DNA from: Deltaproteobacteria bacterium
Lineage (GTDB): Bacteria > Myxococcota > Myxococcia > Myxococcales > 40CM-4-68-19
Reading direction: 5' to 3'
DNA: 41,887 bases
NCBI GenBank assembly: GCA_043782525.1
Contig: JAYWAJ010000152.1
Location: forward strand, 1-41,887
In this document: positions 38,963 to 41,887 of the stretch, one piece after another
Numbering within the stretch: the stretch's first letter is position 1
How the letters are laid out: each line of letters starts with the position of its first letter
Position numbers and translations under genes: made by a program
Notes under the pieces: model-generated
What the model was told of the DNA's origin: nothing
Seen by the model: only the letters and a program-made list of their open reading frames with translations
Databases searched by the model: none

Positions 38963-40030
38963 ATGCGTTGTTTCCTCGCACTTCTGCTTACCCTGGCGCT
39001 GCCCGCGCTGGCGCAGCCTGCTCCCGGCAACGACAGGACCATCGCGGTCGCCTCGGTGGACGCGCGCGGGGGCGCGACGGCGGAGGAAGCGGCGGAGATG
39101 AGCGACGCGCTCACTTCCCAGCTGGTCGCGGACGGACGCGTGCGGGTGGTGGAGCGGCAGCAGATCGCCAGGGTCATGAAGGAGCAGGCGCTCTCGCAGT
39201 CGGGCGCGATGAGCGACGAGGTGCAGATCAAGCTGGCCCAGCTGGTCGGTGCGCGCTGGATCGCCGTGGGCGCGGTGCAGGTCAAGGGCAAGGGGCTGCT
39301 CCTCTCGCTGCGGGCGATGGACTCGTCGACGGCGCAGGTGGCCTTCGCCGAGAATCTCAAAGTCGGCGGCGAGGAACAGATCGAGGGCGGCGCCAAGCAG
39401 CTGGCGCGCAAGCTGACGGAGAAGCTGATCGGACCCGCGCCGGCCGGCGGCGCCCAGGCCGCGGCCGAGGCGGTGGGCGACTTCGACGTCGGCCAGGTGA
39501 AGGACGGCGCGAGGCAGCTGGCGCGCTCGCTGGCCTTGCGCTTTCCCAAGCTGACCGGCCACGTGACCGACAGCCTTCCCGACGGTACCGTGGCCTGCTC
39601 CTTCGGCGGCGGGCAGCCTTTCGTCGGGCAGTTCTTCGAGATCGACGGCAAGGACGAAGTCACGCAGATGGATTCGAAGAAGGGTTACTTCCTGCTCAAG
39701 AGCATCAGCGCGCAGGGTTGCAGCGGGAAGGCCAGACGCCAGGGCGGAGCCGACATCGCCAAGGGCGATGCGCTCAACGCGCTGCCCCTCAAGATCAACC
39801 TGGAGTCGCTGGAGCCCGGCCCGGGCGCGCAGCCGGAGTTGTCCAAGCTGCTCGCCGACGAGACGCGCTCTGCGCTCGACGCCGTGCCCAACTTCCAGGT
39901 GGCCAACGACCCTCAGCTCACCGCCATCGGCCGCGTCTCGGGGCCGCGTGGTCACCGCACCGTCGAGCTGCAAGTCATCGACAAGGGCGGCAACGTGGTC
40001 CAGAAGCTCGAGCTGCCGGGAAGTTTCTAG
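38963..40030 (+). CDS. Secreted protein with CsgG/FlgO-like domain and FlgT_C-like beta domain
   Basis: Sec signal ALA|Q; VRVVERQQIARVMKEQALSQSG..LAQLVGARWIAVG; beta-rich segment ending IAKGD. Confidence 0.78.
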   Translation: MRCFLALLLTLALPALAQPAPGNDRTIAVASVDARGGATAEEAAEMSDALTSQLVADGRVRVVERQQIARVMKEQALSQSGAMSDEVQIKLAQLVGARWIAVGAVQVKGKGLLLSLRAMDSSTAQVAFAENLKVGGEEQIEGGAKQLARKLTEKLIGPAPAGGAQAAAEAVGDFDVGQVKDGARQLARSLALRFPKLTGHVTDSLPDGTVACSFGGGQPFVGQFFEIDGKDEVTQMDSKKGYFLLKSISAQGCSGKARRQGGADIAKGDALNALPLKINLESLEPGPGAQPELSKLLADETRSALDAVPNFQVANDPQLTAIGRVSGPRGHRTVELQVIDKGGNVVQKLELPGSF

Positions 40031-40097
40031 GGTCTCGCCCGACGGCCGGGCGTCTCCGAGCCTGGCCGCTGGACAGGTGCCGTTGCCGAACGTGATC

Positions 40098-40881
40098 CTA
40101 GTCGGCGAACAGGTACCAGACCAGCGCGACGGCCAGCGCCAGCGCTCCGGCGATGGCGACGGCGGTCGGCAGCCAGCTCTTCGCCTTTGACGTCGGCACC
40201 GGCGGGGGCGAGGCGGCGCGGGCCTTGGCCTTGAGCATCGCCGCCAGGTCCGGCTTGCCGTCCGCGGCGGCACTGCTCGCCAGCTCCCTGGCCGCCCACG
40301 ATGACAGCGCGTCGGCGTGCGGATCGGCAACCGGCGCCGCGACGGCCTGCGGGTCGGCAGCCGGCTCCTCGATGACGGGCGCCTCGGCGGGAACCAGCTC
40401 GGTCTCGAAGAGCGACTGCTCCACTACCTGTTGGTGGACCAGCTCTCCCAGCGTGCGAAAGTCCACCGCGGAACTCCAGCTGGCGCCCGGTGCCGTCGTC
40501 CTCCGCCGGCAGATCGGCGAGGCGGAAGTGGCCGGTGTCGAACTCCATCTGCCGGGTGGCGCCGCCCTCCTCGGGCTGGAGGTCCGCGAGGCGGAAATGC
40601 GAGGTGTCGAAGTCGGAGAACCCCGCGCCCTTGTCCTGCTTCCTGGGCAGGGGCGGCGGCCGGGCTCCGCTGGCGCGGGGCGAGCGGGGAGGATTCTTGA
40701 AGAGCGCCTCCAGCTCGGGGATCCGGGCGCCCGGGAGCCAGTCGATCATCCCTTCTTTCCAGACGAGGGAGTCGGAAGCGATGGCGCCCGTGGCCAGCTC
40801 GACGCCCAGCTCGACGCGGGTGAGGGGCCCGGTCTCCTGCTCGCCGATGATCACGTACCAGGTGGCCGGGTCGGGGGGCAC
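40098..40881 (-). pseudogene. GYF_2 (DUF4339)-like domain, linker and C-terminal TM anchor, split by frameshift near 40470 (pseudogene or sequencing error)
   Basis: WYVIIGEQETGPL..DSLVWKEGMIDW..IPEL in one frame; acidic linker and TM AVAIAGALALAVALVWYLF in another. Confidence 0.72.
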
Positions 40882-40928
40882 GGTTGAAACTGTACCGCCG
40901 GGGCCCCGCCGGATGAAAGAGGACTGGG

Positions 40929-41887
40929 CTACACGTTGAAGAGGAAGTGCATCACGTCGCCGTCCTGCACCACGTACTCCTTGCCTTCCACCCGCAGCGC
41001 GCCCTTGCTCTTGGCGGCGGCTTCCGAGCCGAAGCGCAGGAGCTCGTCCCAGCGGATGACCTCCGCCTTGATGAAGCCGCGCTCGAAGTCGGTGTGGATG
41101 ACGCCCGCCGCCTGCGGCCCCCGGGCGCCCTTCTTCACCACCCAGGCGCGACACTCGTCCTCGCCGGCGGTGAAGTAGCTCTGCAGGCCCAGCAGCGTGA
41201 AGCCCGCGCGCACCAGCTTGTTGAGCCCCGGCTCCTTGAGGCCGACGGTCTCGAGGTAGTCCTGGCGTTCCGACTTGGGAAGCTGCTGGATCTCCGCCTC
41301 CACCTTGCTGCAGATGGCCACCCAGCCCGCGCCTTCCTTCAGCGCCAGCGCCCGCACCCGCGCCACCAGCGGGTCGGTCTCGAGGCTCCCCAGCTGCGAT
41401 TCGTCGACGTTGGCGACGTAGAGCACCGGCTTCGCCGTGAGCAGGAAGAGCTCCTTGGCGCGGGGCTTTTCTTCCTCGGAGAGCTGCACGCTGCGCGCCG
41501 GCCGGCCCGCGTCCAGCGCGGCTTTCAGCTTGTCGTAGACCGCCAGGTCGGCCTTGGCCTCCTCGCCCGCCTTGCCCGGCCCCTTGGCGTCCTTGGCCTT
41601 GCGATCGCGCTTTTTCTCCAGGCCCTCGAGATCCTTCAGCGCCAGCTCGGTGTCGACCACTTCCTTGTCGCGCTCGGGATCGACCGAGCCGTCGACGTGG
41701 ACGACGTCGTCGTCCCGGAAGCAGCGCAGCACGTGCGCGACGGCGTCGACCTCGCGGATGTTGGCGAGGAACTGGTTGCCCAGCCCTTCGCCCTTGGACG
41801 CGCCCTTGACCAGGCCGGCGATGTCGACGAACTCGAGCGCCGCGTGCGTCGTCTTCTTGGGCTTGTAAAGGGCGGCGAGCTTCTCCA
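40929..41887 (-). CDS. ychF: Redox-regulated ATPase YchF (5' end outside window)
   Basis: [60 protein letters not shown]. Confidence 0.98.
   Translation of the reverse strand, partial: EKLAALYKPKKTTHAALEFVDIAGLVKGASKGEGLGNQFLANIREVDAVAHVLRCFRDDDVVHVDGSVDPERDKEVVDTELALKDLEGLEKKRDRKAKDAKGPGKAGEEAKADLAVYDKLKAALDAGRPARSVQLSEEEKPRAKELFLLTAKPVLYVANVDESQLGSLETDPLVARVRALALKEGAGWVAICSKVEAEIQQLPKSERQDYLETVGLKEPGLNKLVRAGFTLLGLQSYFTAGEDECRAWVVKKGARGPQAAGVIHTDFERGFIKAEVIRWDELLRFGSEAAAKSKGALRVEGKEYVVQDGDVMHFLFNV

Noticed and set aside
37815-40030. Curli secretion system
   Set aside because: Only CsgG-like folds; no CsgA/B repeat proteins or CsgE/F recognised

Overview
Very GC-rich, gene-dense window, most likely from a Myxococcota (myxobacteria-like) genome. 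This is inferred from an MglA-family GTPase, MJ0042-type Zn-ribbon and GYF_2 linker proteins, the L21 C-terminus and the mfd-3xPPIase-pdxA layout. It is mostly housekeeping: ftsK (partial), gatCAB, mtnA, rplU-rpmA-obgE, TrmH-like methyltransferase, lolA, LpoA-like lipoprotein, site-2 protease, DinG-family helicase, lon, thiL, mfd, three parvulin/SurA-type PPIases, pdxA and ychF (partial). Less ordinary features: (1) six dispersed arrays of a quasi-palindromic heptamer (CCTNAGG-like) at or just after stop codons, one forming an inverted-arm cassette and one absorbed into a signal peptide; (2) a divergent five-gene envelope cluster with four LPP20-like and two CsgG/FlgO-like domains, reminiscent of FlgT/FlgO/FlgP ring proteins but without flagellar genes; (3) an orphan SofG-like GTPase directly followed by a PocR-type histidine kinase; (4) two disordered-linker membrane proteins with repeated T-x-x-F motifs, one of them frameshifted; (5) several probable leaderless genes. 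No rRNA, tRNA, CRISPR array, integrase or transposase was recognised. All domain calls are by eye from motifs, not database searches.
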